A stretch of DNA of 55,202 nt, from contig RSEE01000026.1 of assembly GCA_003971905.1 (NCBI GenBank), positions 682,001 through 737,202 of the forward strand, read 5' to 3'. The position numbers and the translations under genes are program-made. This document shows positions 12,598-25,000 of the stretch, piece by piece; the first letter of the stretch is position 1, and each line of letters opens with the position of its first letter. The DNA is from Moniliella sp. 'wahieum' (Eukaryota). The notes beneath the pieces were generated by a model that saw only the letters and a list, made by a program, of their open reading frames with translations, did no database searches and had not been told where the DNA came from.

Positions 12598-13232
12598 ACG
12601 AGGCAGGATGCAGGATGTATGACGCATGGCGATGAGGATCAACAACATTCGGATCGACCTGGCGCTAATTAGTAGAACGTGGACCGAACTGAGGGACTAG
12701 TGAGCTATAGCGAGGCCTGGGGCAGGCTCAGCGTGCCGAAAGTCTTAGCGCTCAGATTACCGCGAAGTGTAAGCGCGTAAGAGCCCCCGGGACTCTGAAA
12801 CCTCAGGCTGAGGCCTCACAACCAGCCTTAAAGGCGCAGCAGGCGAAGTGGCAGAAAAGATGCAACGTTGAGGTGCAGATACAGACAGAGGACGAGGCTA
12901 GAGGAAGACCCAAGGCCAGAAAAGAGGCAACGTTGAGGTGCACAAGGGGGGGGAGGGACATAAAACCAGGGCATAAAACAAGGGTAAAGGGGGAGCTAAG
13001 CGAGGGCTGAGCCAGGTTGAGCCCCGCCCAGGTGCCGAGGCAGGAAGATACGTTAACGTTTAACGTAGCCCCCCGTCTCCCACTTGCATCGGAGACGGGG
13101 CAACAAGCGCGTGCAGTGGGGCCCTACATCATTGGACGGACACGCATGCAAGCGAGAGAAGAGGGAAGAGGGTGGCCAGTGGAGGTGGCCAGTGGGGGTG
13201 GGGGTGGGGATGGAGTAGAGTGGTTAGGCCGG

Positions 13233-15913
13233 TTAGGGCGCACGAACGATCGCATCGGTCGTCTTGGCCACATCGACCATTTCCTCCACATCGTGCACAC
13301 GCACAATATCTGCCCCTCCAAAGATGGCAGCAGCACATGCCGCCGCACCAAACACACGTTCCTTTGGTTCCGTCCGGCCCGTGACCGAGCCCAGGAAGCG
13401 TTTGCGGCTGGCACCGACCAAGACAGGGAAGCCGGTTAACCGAGCATGGGGCGTGGTCAGGTCCGAGCCAGCTTCCACTTCCATGGGAACGAGCGGGGGC
13501 GAGCCAGGACGGGAGGGCAGGGCGCTGCCCCCTGGGTGGGACGCAGCGGGGGAGCGCGGACTGGTACTGGGCTGGGTGAGCTGCGCCAGGTCCCGAAGAA
13601 GAGTCAGATTGCCCTGTTGGTTCTTGGCGAACCCAATGCCCGGATCGAGAATGAGGTGCCAGCGTCGGACCCCAGCCTGGAGCGCGTCCCGCACCCGCTC
13701 CTGCAGTTCCACCCGCACCCCCGTCAGCACATCGTCGTTCGCATACCTCGTAAGCGAATTCATCGTGTTACTGTCCCCGCGCATGTGCATGCAGATGAAC
13801 GGTACCCCCCACCTGCGTGCCACGTCCAAAATCGCAGGGTCTCGCTCGCCCCCCCACTCACATCATTGATCACGTTGGCCCCGGCCTCGAGCGCAGCTTG
13901 AGCCACAGGCGCATTAAACGTATCGATCGAAATGGGGACGGTCACGCCAGCTGCCCGCACGGCCTGGATCACCGGCACAATCCGAGCAATCTCCTCTTCA
14001 ATCGTAATCTCCTTCGTGCCGGAGCGGTGGAGAGACCACCAACGTCGAGCATGTCGGCGCCCGAGGCGACCATCTGCTCAGCCTTGGCAACGGCCGAGGG
14101 AGCTGCGAGGTGGTCCCCTCCATCTGAGAAAGAGTCTGGGGTGGCATTCAGGATACCCATGACCAGGGTCTTGCTGCCCCAGGACCACAAGGTGGCCGGG
14201 GCCGGCGGCACGGCAGTCGCCAAGGGTCGAGGCGCAGGTACAAAGCTGACCCGGCGAATGCCCTGGTCGCCAGCATAGTCAGGCGAGTGGTGGAGCAAGC
14301 TCAACAGCTGCGCCGTCGTCTTGGATGCGCCAGGGTGCTCGTAGTGCGGCAAAATATCCACAAGTGGACGAAGCACAAACTCCCGCTCCTTCATCAAGGG
14401 GTGGGGGATGATCAGGGTAGGACCCTCCTGCACCTCCATGTGGTCGTACAACAAAATATCTAGGTCGACCGACCGGGGGCCCTTGTCAGGCACATGCTCC
14501 TTATCCCGCCCAAGGGCTTGCTCAATCTCTTGACACGCCCGTAGCAGCTCCATGGGCGTCAAGCGCGTGGCCAGGCGAACAGCACCATTGAGGAACTTGG
14601 GCTGGTCCACCACGTACATCGGCGGCGTCTCGTACAGGAAAGAGGTGTCGACGACCCGGATGGAAGGGTGCGCCTGCAACAGATCGACAGCCCGCTCAAG
14701 GTTGCCAAAGCGGTCGCCTAGGTTGGCTCCCAGCGCGACAGCAGCCAGGTGCCAGCCATGCTCGGCGCTAATGGGTTCACTCGTCTGGCTTGGCAAGACA
14801 GCCGACACGGTCTGAGCTGCCTCCTTCTCCTTCTCCTTCTCCTTTGCCTCTGCCTTCTTCTCCTTCTCGTCCTCCTCAAAGAAGGCACGATCACGCTCAT
14901 CTCCACGCCAGCACTGCGGGCAAACATGATGGCCGAAGGCTTGTCCACCCGCACTCGGATCCGGTCCACCCCATTCTGGCTAATGGCCACACGGGCAATG
15001 GAAGTCGCAAGTGACTCGACCGTCTTGTGCGACGAGGCGGCAACATAGTCGGTAATGCTGCGGACAATGGTGCGGAAATTGTGAGGCCGAGAGACAGTGT
15101 CCATCTGACTTGACTGTGGCGGCGCTTGGCCTGACGCCGCCGCTCGTCTCCACTAAAGATGGTCAAGTTGACCAAGATGTTTTGCTTGTCCACCCGTTCC
15201 CACGGGTTGATTCCAATAAAGGCATTGATCACCAAGTCACGTACAAATACTTTGTCCTCCGCTGCCCAGTGGGACGTAGGCGACAGATACAGTGCCTGCA
15301 AAGCAGGCGTGAGAATGTCGCCTTCGGCCTCGAGAAAGTACGTCGCTCCACGTTGCTTTTGAACTCTATCTTCCGCCAGGTGGGCACGGTAGTCAAACTC
15401 ACTCCCGTCGGGCGCAACAAAGTCCTCCGCTACTCGTGTCACCTCAATCTCGGCACTGTGCGCGTGCAACAGACCCGCGGCTTGGACACACGCAGCGTCA
15501 CCCCAGGCGCATGGCACACGTACAAACACACCTTGGCCAGCCCATCCTGTTCGGTCCACAGTTAGTATGCCAGTCCACGTGCCCTGTGCGAAAGAGGAGG
15601 AGGGAGAGGGAGAAGGAGGGGAGGGGGGGGGGGGACGTACAGCCAACGCCTCGAGGGAGCGGTAGCGCGCATGAGCGCAATGTTTCTCAAGGGCCTTGGT
15701 GAGCGTGCCATAGTGCAGCGAGTAGGGCAGGTGGTCCGTTCGACCTGCAGCGGCAATGTCCGTGTGAACAATGGCGTCAATCCGCACCGGTTGGGGCGAC
15801 CGGCGTTCCCAGTTGTCCACGCCGACCAGCATGCGCACCTCGAGCTGCGTGAGCGCAATCAGGTCGGGCAGGCCGGGCATGTGGGGCGCAGCAGCAGGCA
15901 CGGAAAGTGACAT
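13233..15913 (-). CDS. FOL1: Trifunctional folate synthesis protein (2x DHNA, HPPK, DHPS)
   Basis: DHNA-1 (VGVDNWERRSPQPVRID..SLHYG), DHNA-2 (IGINPWERVDKQN..HKTVESLA..KPSA), HPPK (ALGANLGDR, TSFLYETPPMY, KGPRSVDLDIL, IPHPLMKEREFVLRPL), DHPS (MGILNATPDSFSDGG, ISIDTF, MHMRG, LDPGIGFAK, GASRKRFLG, IVRVHDV). One intron near 15540-15640 and several indels. Confidence 0.95.
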
Positions 15914-16406
15914 GGGCGATAAGGGCGCAGCGCGATGGAGCAGGCTGGCGTGGGCGTCGTCGCGCGGGCGGGGGGCGGGGTGGAAGGCGCGGGCAAGCAG
16001 GCGGCGGGGGCGGCAGGGCGCACAGCGGAGGGGCAGGGCGGAGAAGAAGAGCTGGAGCACGGCAGAAGCGACGGACCAGCAAGCCATCCCAGTCCCTCTT
16101 GGAAGGCGGGAAGATTCAATACTTCCTGGCCTTGTCCGTTGCTGGCCATGGGCGCTGCGCCCAGCCACGTTCAGCCGGGGCCAGCCAGCGCCAGCTGATT
16201 AGTCCGCAGCGGAAACGCTCAACATTGAAATGCATTCCTCCGCTTTCCTTTTCTTTTGCCTCGGATCACGTGACCTTCGCCTGGCTTGCAATCTCCGTCC
16301 ACGCAATCAGACGATTAGCGCAATCCGCACAACCGCCTTCTCATGGCCGCGCTGCCTTCCCTTTGCGGGCTTTCAGCAACCCTACAGAGACAGGCAGTCG
16401 CTACAT

Positions 16407-18867
16407 TCACTCAGTCATACATCCATCTCTCCGCACAACAGACAAAACCAGCGCGCAGCCTACAACCCAGACTGCGGCGCGGCGGGCCGTCCGAGAGGCG
16501 CAGTCCGCGCAGCGCCTGATGTGGATCGGGGAAGGAGGCAGGAACGGAAGGATGGGGATGGTCCCATCCGATCGGCGGGGGCGGAGTGCCGTACCCATCC
16601 AACTCGTCTGTGCCAAGAGGAGAGAAAGGATGGTGGCCCGGCTCGGGCGTGCGCGCAGCCGAAGGCGGCGTGCCAATCCAGGAGCCTGGAATCGATCCAA
16701 TCGGTCCATCGTCCTCAGCTTCGGGACCATACCATACGCGTGGTAGGCGGGGACCTGGGAGAGCGGATGCGGAGCCAACGGGAAAGAGGTGTAGGACGAC
16801 CGTTGGGGTTGATGGGACGGATGCATCGGTGGCTCCGTATCCGTACCCTCGTCCGTCGATTCTTCGCCCAGCGGTAGCCAGCTCCGAATCGGACCGAGCA
16901 ACGTACTCTCCATCCGACAGGGCCGACAATGACGCTTGTCCCGGCGTTTGCTCATGGAGATGCAACGCAGCGTGGGGTGCTTTGTGCGACGATTCCGAAG
17001 CGGCACTAGCTATGCTCCGAGGGGGGATGCCGTCCCCGCGGTAGCTACCGTGGAAGGAGCGCGAGTCGGTTGGGCAGAACGGAAGGCGGCGAGACCAGGG
17101 CCAAAGGAAAGCGAAAGTGGCACAGCCAAGTCCGCTCCACTCGTACTCCCCACTCGTGAGATAGAGCGACGGGTCCAAGGTGCGCAGCACCAAAGCTACC
17201 CACGCCTATGCTCGTGGCACGGTGATGCGTCGAGTCGGTATCGCCCCCGGCCAGGTCATCTTCGATATCAGTGTTGCCATCGTGCGGCACCAAGTCATCT
17301 TGTTCGTCGTCTCCCTCTTCGTCAATGGAGCTGGCAGCACGGTTGAGCGAAGAACGACGGAGGTAGCTAAACGAGGAGGCGTACGAGGCAGGAGGCGCAT
17401 TCAGCTCGCTCGGGTCGGCTCCGCTTCCGGCTTCGCTAGGCGCCACTGAAACACTCACATCCGTCCGTTGCTCCGCCTCTTCTAGAATCGGCTCGCCTGC
17501 CCCACCGACTAATGGAGGGGGGGAGCCATGCCGAACCCGGATCCAACCGAAGCTGCCCCGATCGACGTTCCAGCAAAGCTCGTGCCCCGATCGCCATAAG
17601 GCGAGTCGGTCCCACTGTGGATGGAGCCCACGCCATAGGACGACGAAGCAGTCGACTCGGATTGGAACGAGGTCTGGCGATCACGAACAAGCGGAAGCGG
17701 AGCGGAAGACATGTCAGAGGTATGCAGGTAATCGTGCATGGGACCTGCAATGACGCGCAAGGGCGGGATAGCCTCAAACGAGCTGGCGCTCTGCCCGGTA
17801 GGACTTGATGGGCGCGAGCCCGACCATGCACTGTTGGTAGCCACGCTACGTGCGTCCGGCTCCGATCCTGCCGTAGCCGCGGACGAAGGGGGGGGTGGGG
17901 CAAACCTGGTGGATCGCAAGGGGTACAGGATGAATTGTACCCCGAACCGGTAGCTGACGGTGGGCAGGGGGGGGGCAGTGGTGACGGGAACGGGATTGTC
18001 TACTGAGCCTGGGTAGAAAGCCCACTTAAGAGCGACGCGCTCCTTCCCAAGTGCTCGGATGGTCGTTCAAGTCCCAAGCGGGGGGCTGATGCCGATTTGC
18101 TGGGTAAGCGGCGAGACGAGGGGCGGGGACAGGCCCCGCAGACTCTCCGCTTCGGACGAGAGGAGAGCACCTTCCATGTCCAGGGGGGCGACTAGGCGAT
18201 GCTGCGCGTCGTCGTCGTCGTCGTCACCACCGATATGGGACAAATGGTCATCATCAACTGTCGACGGTGGGCTGGCAGGAGGCTGGACCGATACCGAGTA
18301 GATCGAGGCGGCACTCGGAGACGGCAGGCGGAAGTTGGAGGCACGCGGGTCCAACTCGGGCGGCACACCAGCTAGGAGCGGAGGCAGCGTGGGGTCAGGA
18401 GGTCAGTTTCAATGCGAGAGACTGGTACAGGACCAAGGCCAGGGGCAGAACAGCAGGTAAAAACGCACCAACAGGCTCGCCCCGCCGGCCAAAGTGGCCG
18501 ACGGTGTTGGAGAAGTGAGGGGGGCGGGGGGGGGTGGAGGGGCGGGTGAGGGAGGGAAGCACGGAGGGGGGAGGGAGGGGGCATTGCTGGTCGTGCTGTC
18601 GTGGGGGAAGAGGCTGGGAATATCGTGCGGGGGGGGGAAGGTTGGGGCGGCGGCTGGCGTTGGCGGCGGACAGCAGCGAGTTGGGCTGCGATGGCGGAGG
18701 CGGCGGCATAGCCTTCGTCGTCGGTGCTGATGCGGGCACGGTGGGTGTGGGTTGGGGGGCAGTGGTGGAGGAGGGGGGGTGATGGGGGCGGAGTGGAGGG
18801 CATGGGCGCTGGACGCGAGCTCCAGCTCGTGTGTGCTGTCGCTGAGGCCGTCGGGCATGGCAGTCAT
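16407..18867 (-). CDS. Hypothetical Ser/Pro-rich, largely low-complexity protein
   Basis: Chain of same-strand ORFs with protein-like composition (18409/18372, 18067, 17509, 17045, 16411/16407) and a clear intron at about 18468..18372 (GTGCGT...CTGAC...CCTAG). No family recognised; boundaries approximate. Confidence 0.5.
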
Positions 18868-19688
18868 GGCAGGCAAGATGCGGCCGCCTGGCTGCCCAGG
18901 AGGCGTGTGGTGTGGGCCCAGCGTAATGCTGCGGGGGGGAGGCATTCCGCCCGCCACGCTCATTCCGCCTCCGCGGCAACGCAGCAACCCGAGTAGCCCG
19001 AACGATCAGCCAACCCCAGGTCATGTGACATGTGACGAGGGACTACGTCACGGCACGTGACAGCATGCTTCCTTTCTCGCCGGGCTCACCAGGACGCCCA
19101 CCCGTCCCACCTATATTACAGTACGGCCCTGGACCGCGAGGGACGAGCAGGCACATTCGCTTTTCGCTCGCGTCGCCACTCCTCTTCCACGCTCAACCAC
19201 CATCGTTGTGCTTTGGCACCAGTATAGCATCAACCAGGTCGTATTCCGGAATTTCTTCTCCAGTGAGCGCTCCCTTGTTGCTGGCTCATAGCTTCCACCG
19301 TATGCCCTGCTGTATGCCCTGCTGCGCCGTGACCTGCCGTGTACCAGTGCACGCTCCAAATGGCTCACTGTAACCCAGCCTATTAGACATCCAACTCCTA
19401 TATCAACCCCTCGTCCAACATGCTCAGCTGAAAGTTAGTGCGGCCAAGGCTGACCGGAGGGCACCATCGCACATGGTCATCATGTCTTTTTCGCAGCAAT
19501 CCATTCCTGGTCATGGCATTCTTTGTCCATCCCAACGGCGCTAAAGATGAGGGCAAGGGCGAGGGGCGGGGGGGGGGGTGGGTAAATGTCGATGGCCCGC
19601 GCGCGAGGTATCCGTTCATGACGCATGTCAACAGGAACGGCGCCCCCGCGGAGGCAAGGGGCAGGCACACCCCCCATCTCTCCCGCAT

Positions 19689-22600
19689 TCAGGCAAAGAT
19701 CCACTCCCTCTGCGCCTCGGCCCACCTCGCCACGTCGGCTCCCGTGTGCGAAGCGAACCAGGCGGCCGAGCCCGCGTCGGCTCCGCCCGCTGGGCCAGGC
19801 GGCACATAGACACCCACGCCCGGTCCCCCCACTGCGATCTCATACGTCTGGAAGCCAGCCTGGGCCAACGCTTGCTCCAGCTCTTTCATGCACTTCTGCC
19901 GCCGCTGTGGGGATCAGCGTGATGGCGCAACCGCCGCCGCCGGCACCAGTGAGCTGGTGGCCAGGTGAAGCGGCGATGCCAGTGAGAGCGTCCGCACCTG
20001 CTCCAGGGCGGGTGCGAGACTTGTAGCTCCTCCAGCGCCTTGTGGTTGAGGTGAAGAGGGTGGCGAGCGCACGCTCCGATTTGGCGCTGGGCGCGGTGGA
20101 GAGCAAGGCGGACGCCTGTGTGCTAATGTCCTCGATGCGGCCGAGAATGGTTTGGACGCGCTGCGCTCGGTAGCAAGCTGCTGCCCAACCGAAGCCACCA
20201 GACGCTTGGTGTCCCGCGCCACCTTGGTGTCGGTGAGAAGCAGGCGCCAGGCCTTCATGTGGCTCACACTGCCATCGGCATTGTGGCTACCAAGCTGTTC
20301 AATTTGGTTGCGGAGCAGACCATTGCGAGCGTGAGCACGGGTAAAGGCCACCGCCCCCGCCGTACACGGCCACCGTATTGTCCACCCCACTCGGCGTGCC
20401 ATGCAAAATTTCTCGGCAAGGAAGGCCCAGGAATTCACCACCGTCTTGGCCGTCCCATCCAGCTCTTGCTCTTGCCCCGCCTGGAATGCCGGAAGCGGCA
20501 GGTGACCATGGGAATAGATCAAGGCCGAGGCAAGGCAGGAGGAAGGCGGCACTCGATCCAAGTCCGGCACTGAGGGGAAGCGCAGAGCGGAAGACAAACC
20601 CTTGCCCTTCGGCCCCAGAGCGAGGACCGGCAATGCACATGAACAGGTAGAGGAAAGCAACTGCCGAGCTCCGGGCTTGACGGGCCTTACTGCTTTCCTT
20701 CTCTTGGCGGGGACGGTGCGATCAACAAAGGACTCAATGGCCAGCCGCAGTGCATCGTCCAGAGACTCGTCCGCCGATGCCGGCAGGTCCGTCCCATCCT
20801 CCACGTGGCCCTGGGCGATGGTCTTGGGAAGCAACGACCAAGGCAAGTCCTTTGCATTCCACTCAAATGAAGCGTCCACATCAGGAATCTTGAGCGACAC
20901 CTTGCCATCCTTGCGGCGCGCCGCATGGCCGTAGCATCGCAAGTCTACCGCCCCGGCAATCGCAGGAACACCATGCACAACAGCGTGCTCTCCAAACAGA
21001 ATGACCTTGCCCGGGGCCGAGACAACCAGCTCGGAAGGGAGGTCGGATGTATGCTCCTGCCCCACCCCGCGGGCCTGGCTCTGAGGCAACACCGACCCAT
21101 CGGCCGCGACCTCTGGATCAGCCACCAGAGCGGTCCGCCCAGGCGCAGCGGAGGCCTCAATTGCATCCGCCGTTGCATCGGGGTCCGAGCGTTCCTTGGC
21201 CGGGACAGCGGGTACTGCCGTCGTACGGGTGGTTGGGTCGTCCCCTCCACGAGTTTCCAGAACATTCACATTCTCCCCGCCAAGGTGAGAGGATCTGGGC
21301 TGGGGACAACCTGGGCAGCTTCGTCTCCGCGGCGAGGATGGGGAGAGCAGCGGCAGCCGTCTTGGAAGCAAGATACTCTGTCTCCACATCCGTGTTGACC
21401 GGAACCCGCTCATAGAGACGCACGTACTCCAACTCGTTCTCCTCCTCATTACTCGGGTCCGCCGGCTGCCCATCACGTCGGCGAATTGCACCGGCGGCCA
21501 AGAGGGCAGACTGGAGATCGTCAATCAAATCACGCGGGTCCTCAATGCCCACACAGAGACGGATCAGGTCCTCGGGCAGACGACGCGCCTTGCGCACCTC
21601 GGCCGGGATCGAAGCATGGCTCATCAGCAGGGCATGGAAATCAGCGAGTTGACACAGCCAAAGCTCACACTGATCCCCCACAGCCGCGCAGCGCCTACGA
21701 TCCGCTTCGACACCTCGTCGTCAAACGTTTCAAACGACAGTACGGCCCCGGGTCCGGCAGCTTGTGGTCGTGGATCTCCTTGCCTGGGTGCGAGGCCAAG
21801 CCAGGGTAGTTGACCTTGAACCCGAGGCTTCCAAGTAGTTGGCCACGCGGTACGAGGCCGCCTGCTGGCGGTCCATGCGCACCGCAAGTGTCTTAATCCC
21901 ACGCAACAGCAGGAAACAGTCGAGTGGCGTCAGCGCATTGCCCACGCGTTGATAGTAAAGGCAATGTCCTTCCAATATCCTCCCGGTCGCCGAGATGATG
22001 CCAGCCATCAAGTCGTGGTGGCCCGAGAGGTATTTGGTGCCCGAGTCATAGGAATGTCAGCGCCGAGCTCAGCGGGCGCATGAGGTAGGGGGACATCATG
22101 GTGTTGTCGCTAGAATAAATACCAGTCAGCACTGCACACACCAAGGCCAAAAAGGGAACGCGGGGAGAAAGAGAGAGCACATACACAACAACGATTGCAT
22201 CGGGAAAGTAGTGCTTCGCCGCCTTGCAGCAACGCTTGAGGTCAATGATCTTGATCAAAGGGTTGGTCGGTGTCTCAAGGAGCACCATCTTGACCGGGCC
22301 AATGCCCGGCACCTTGTCCTTGATCTGTTGTGCGCGCTCGGCCAAGAGTGCCTCGACCTTGGCGGCATCCGTCGTGTCCACATGGTCCGCCTCGATCCCG
22401 CCGTGCGACTTGAGGTAGCCCAACAAACGGTTCGAACCGCCATAGAGATCGTCCCCAGCCACAATGCGCTCCCCCGGCTTGAGCAGCCGCGTGATCACGT
22501 CCAGACACGCCATGCCACTGCTAACGGCGAACGAAAACGGCAGTTTTGCAACTGGCTCAGATGATGCTGCAGCATGGACCGCGTCGGGTTGCCCGAGCGG

Positions 22601-22922
22601 GAGTAGTCAAACTCGGCGCCAGGCGGGCCCTTGAAGGTGGCGCTGAGGTACACTGGCACGGACGACGAGCCATACTGGTCGTGGTGCTCCGGATCGTCGA
22701 CGGTAGCACAGAGGGTGGAGAAGCGGTAGCCGGACTTGGGTGCGCGGCGCGACAGCAGCTCGTGCGCCATCGAGCCAGCGTCGCTGGGCGCGGTGGCGGA
22801 GGGGCGTTGCGGATGGCCTGCTGGAACTCGGCGGAGGGGGTAGCTCTGCACGTCGCCCGGAGGGGGGAGGGGCTGGCGGAGGCGAAGGAGGTGCGCGGCA
22901 GGCGCTCGTGCGTGGAGGTCAT
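19689..22922 (-). CDS. STR3/ERG12: Cystathionine beta-lyase (N-terminal) apparently fused to mevalonate kinase (C-terminal)
   Basis: CBL: VYLSATFK..FDYSRSGNPTR, LLETPTNPL, DNTMMSP, YDSGTKYLSGHHDLMAG (PLP Lys), ISVSFGCVNSLISMPC, LIRLCVGIED. MK: SAPGKVILFGEHAVVHG, LPLSAGLGSSAA, HGTPSGVDN, LTGAGGGGCA. The linker (about 21480-21030) reads through with a single 1-nt shift. Confidence 0.85.
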
Positions 22923-23939
22923 GTCGCCCAGGAGAAGAGGGATGGTGGAAGGCGCAGTCTCTGACTCGGGCCGCCATGCGTTCGTCCACCCATGTCCTCC
23001 CGCTGGACAAAACGCCGGTGGGAAGAGCGGAGAAGGCCACACACTGAAATTTCACATGCGCGCTGATAGCCGGCACAGCCGATTTCCGGCGGCGGATTGC
23101 GCCATCGCGGCTGGTTTCAATGTGGCAGGCTAGTAGGGCCGAACGCCTCGCCTCTGGAAATTGGACCGGCGTCCGAAACGCAGTGGTGTGTGCATTCGTC
23201 TTGTATATACGGCCCCACGATATATACACCCCTCAGCGGCTTCAACGTATGCCCCACTAGTTCCTCCATCCACCTTCTTTCCCAAGTGTATCCTACACAC
23301 GCGACCCTATCAAAAGCTGGAACACCCGCATTCCGCCACTCTTCCTCCCCGCCGACCAAAACTGTTGGTCCCAAAAACCAAACCAGCGGCGAAAATCTGT
23401 TGCCAGAGAGGAATCAATACCTTCCCACCCCCATCTTCATGAAAGCGGTCGACGGATCGAGGGTGGGGCTAATCCCAGGCCTCGTCCACAACATCTCTCA
23501 CACAAACGGTAGGATGTGGCGCAGCCTGTCGGTACAAAACTCTGTTTGCCCCCACCCGTAGGCTATATATACCTTCCTGATGAGGTCTGAAGCACCCCCT
23601 CAAAACCGACACAGCCCATAAGGTATAGTCAGGCGAAATTCCGATTGCATGCCTGTGGGAAAAGGGCCCACCCCGTTGTTGTGAAGCCTGGGGGTAGCCT
23701 TAAGAAATCCAGACTATGAACCACAGAAACAGGCAAGTAAAAGGTATAGACCGTGCCGAGACAGTGACCATGGGCGTTTCTACACCTATAGTAGTTCTTT
23801 ATGCAACACGACATGCCCTGATGGTGCTGTACCCCTCGTGTTGCTGGAGTTTCCGTCAACTAACGGAGGTTGAGTGTGAATAGATCCGATGCTGCACCAC
23901 CCCGGGAGGTCTCCGTTACGATCGCAAACCACCAACACC

Positions 23940-25000
23940 ACCACATGGACTTTACCTGATGCGCCCATAGTATGCGGTACGTGCTCAGACCAAGCTGCGC
24001 CACCACCTGCTCCGCACTTTGCAGATGGAGGGTGAGCTGGACGATGTGCTGGCCGAAATTGATGCCTTCATCTGTATTACGGAGTCCAGGCGGATCCGGG
24101 GCGACGAGGGCCCCCGAAGGTACCAAGGACGACCAATTCGACATGCTCATGAGCCTGCCTCTCCGGATGGGAGGATGCGGCAGCCCGCTTATATTGCGTC
24201 CCTCGCCCGGGCCGCGGCCAACGAGGTCAACGACTTTCTTATTACCATTTTGTTGACCGTTCGGGACCGCAAACTTCAATGGCAAACACATTTACGAAGC
24301 AAGCAACGCCGGGTCTGCCGGGAGATATGGGAGCACAGATTCGACAAGAGCTGCTTCAGAAGCTGGACGCTGCCGATGATCTCGCCGTGTGTCGAGCACA
24401 CAGCAACCCGCTGAGCCACAATTGGCTCTCCGCCATCCCATCCGTCCAGTGCCTCAAGCTCTCTGACAAGCAGTTCAGGTTGGTCTCCAGCTCCGCACGC
24501 TGTGCCTCTCGATGCGTAGAATGTGCAAGTACGGCATCATGTCCTCGCTGGAGCACATCATGGCTTGCCCCGCACCCATGCAGGCCAAGTTTATCGGGTT
24601 GCATGAGGAGGCAGTACTTACAGGAGCTCATTCCCCAGCTCGTGCGCTCCATCCCCGACACCCACGTCCGCAACGAACCTGCTGTGGAGGAGAGGATGAG
24701 TGGAAGCATGGACGGATGGCAATGCTCACGACTACCGCGTGATGGGGCCTGGAGCAATCAGAGGATCAGTGCTGGCACACTGGAAGAAGGATTTGACCAC
24801 TGACTCTCAATGGAAATGGTTCTTCGCTAGGAAATGCCTACCACGTTCATCCGTGTCCACACACGCTGCCTCGGGTACGGGAACGGATGGCGAGCACCAG
24901 AGGGTCCTGATCCTCCTGGCGATCCCCCTGGTTTCTTAACGCGGGGGTGGCGCTACCAAGCAAGACACGCAACAACTAGCTGAACATCGGTTCGTTAGGC
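23940..25000 (+). mobile_element. Degenerate CRE-clade (Cnl1/MoTeR-like) non-LTR retrotransposon, 3' part
   Basis: Across shifting frames: QTKLRHHLLRTL, LMSLPLRMGGCG (LPxRxGGxG), KQRRVCREIW, NWLSAIPSVQCLKLSDKQF, CVEC...EHIMAC (CCHC knuckle), LHE, VRNEP, IPLVS*RGG. This order is typical of the post-RT/RLE region of CRE elements. Confidence 0.7.

Noticed and set aside
18395..18470. Apparent transmembrane segment VGAFLPAVLPLALVLYQSLALKLTS
   Set aside because: It is translated intron sequence (GTGCGT donor, CTGAC branch, CCTAG acceptor).
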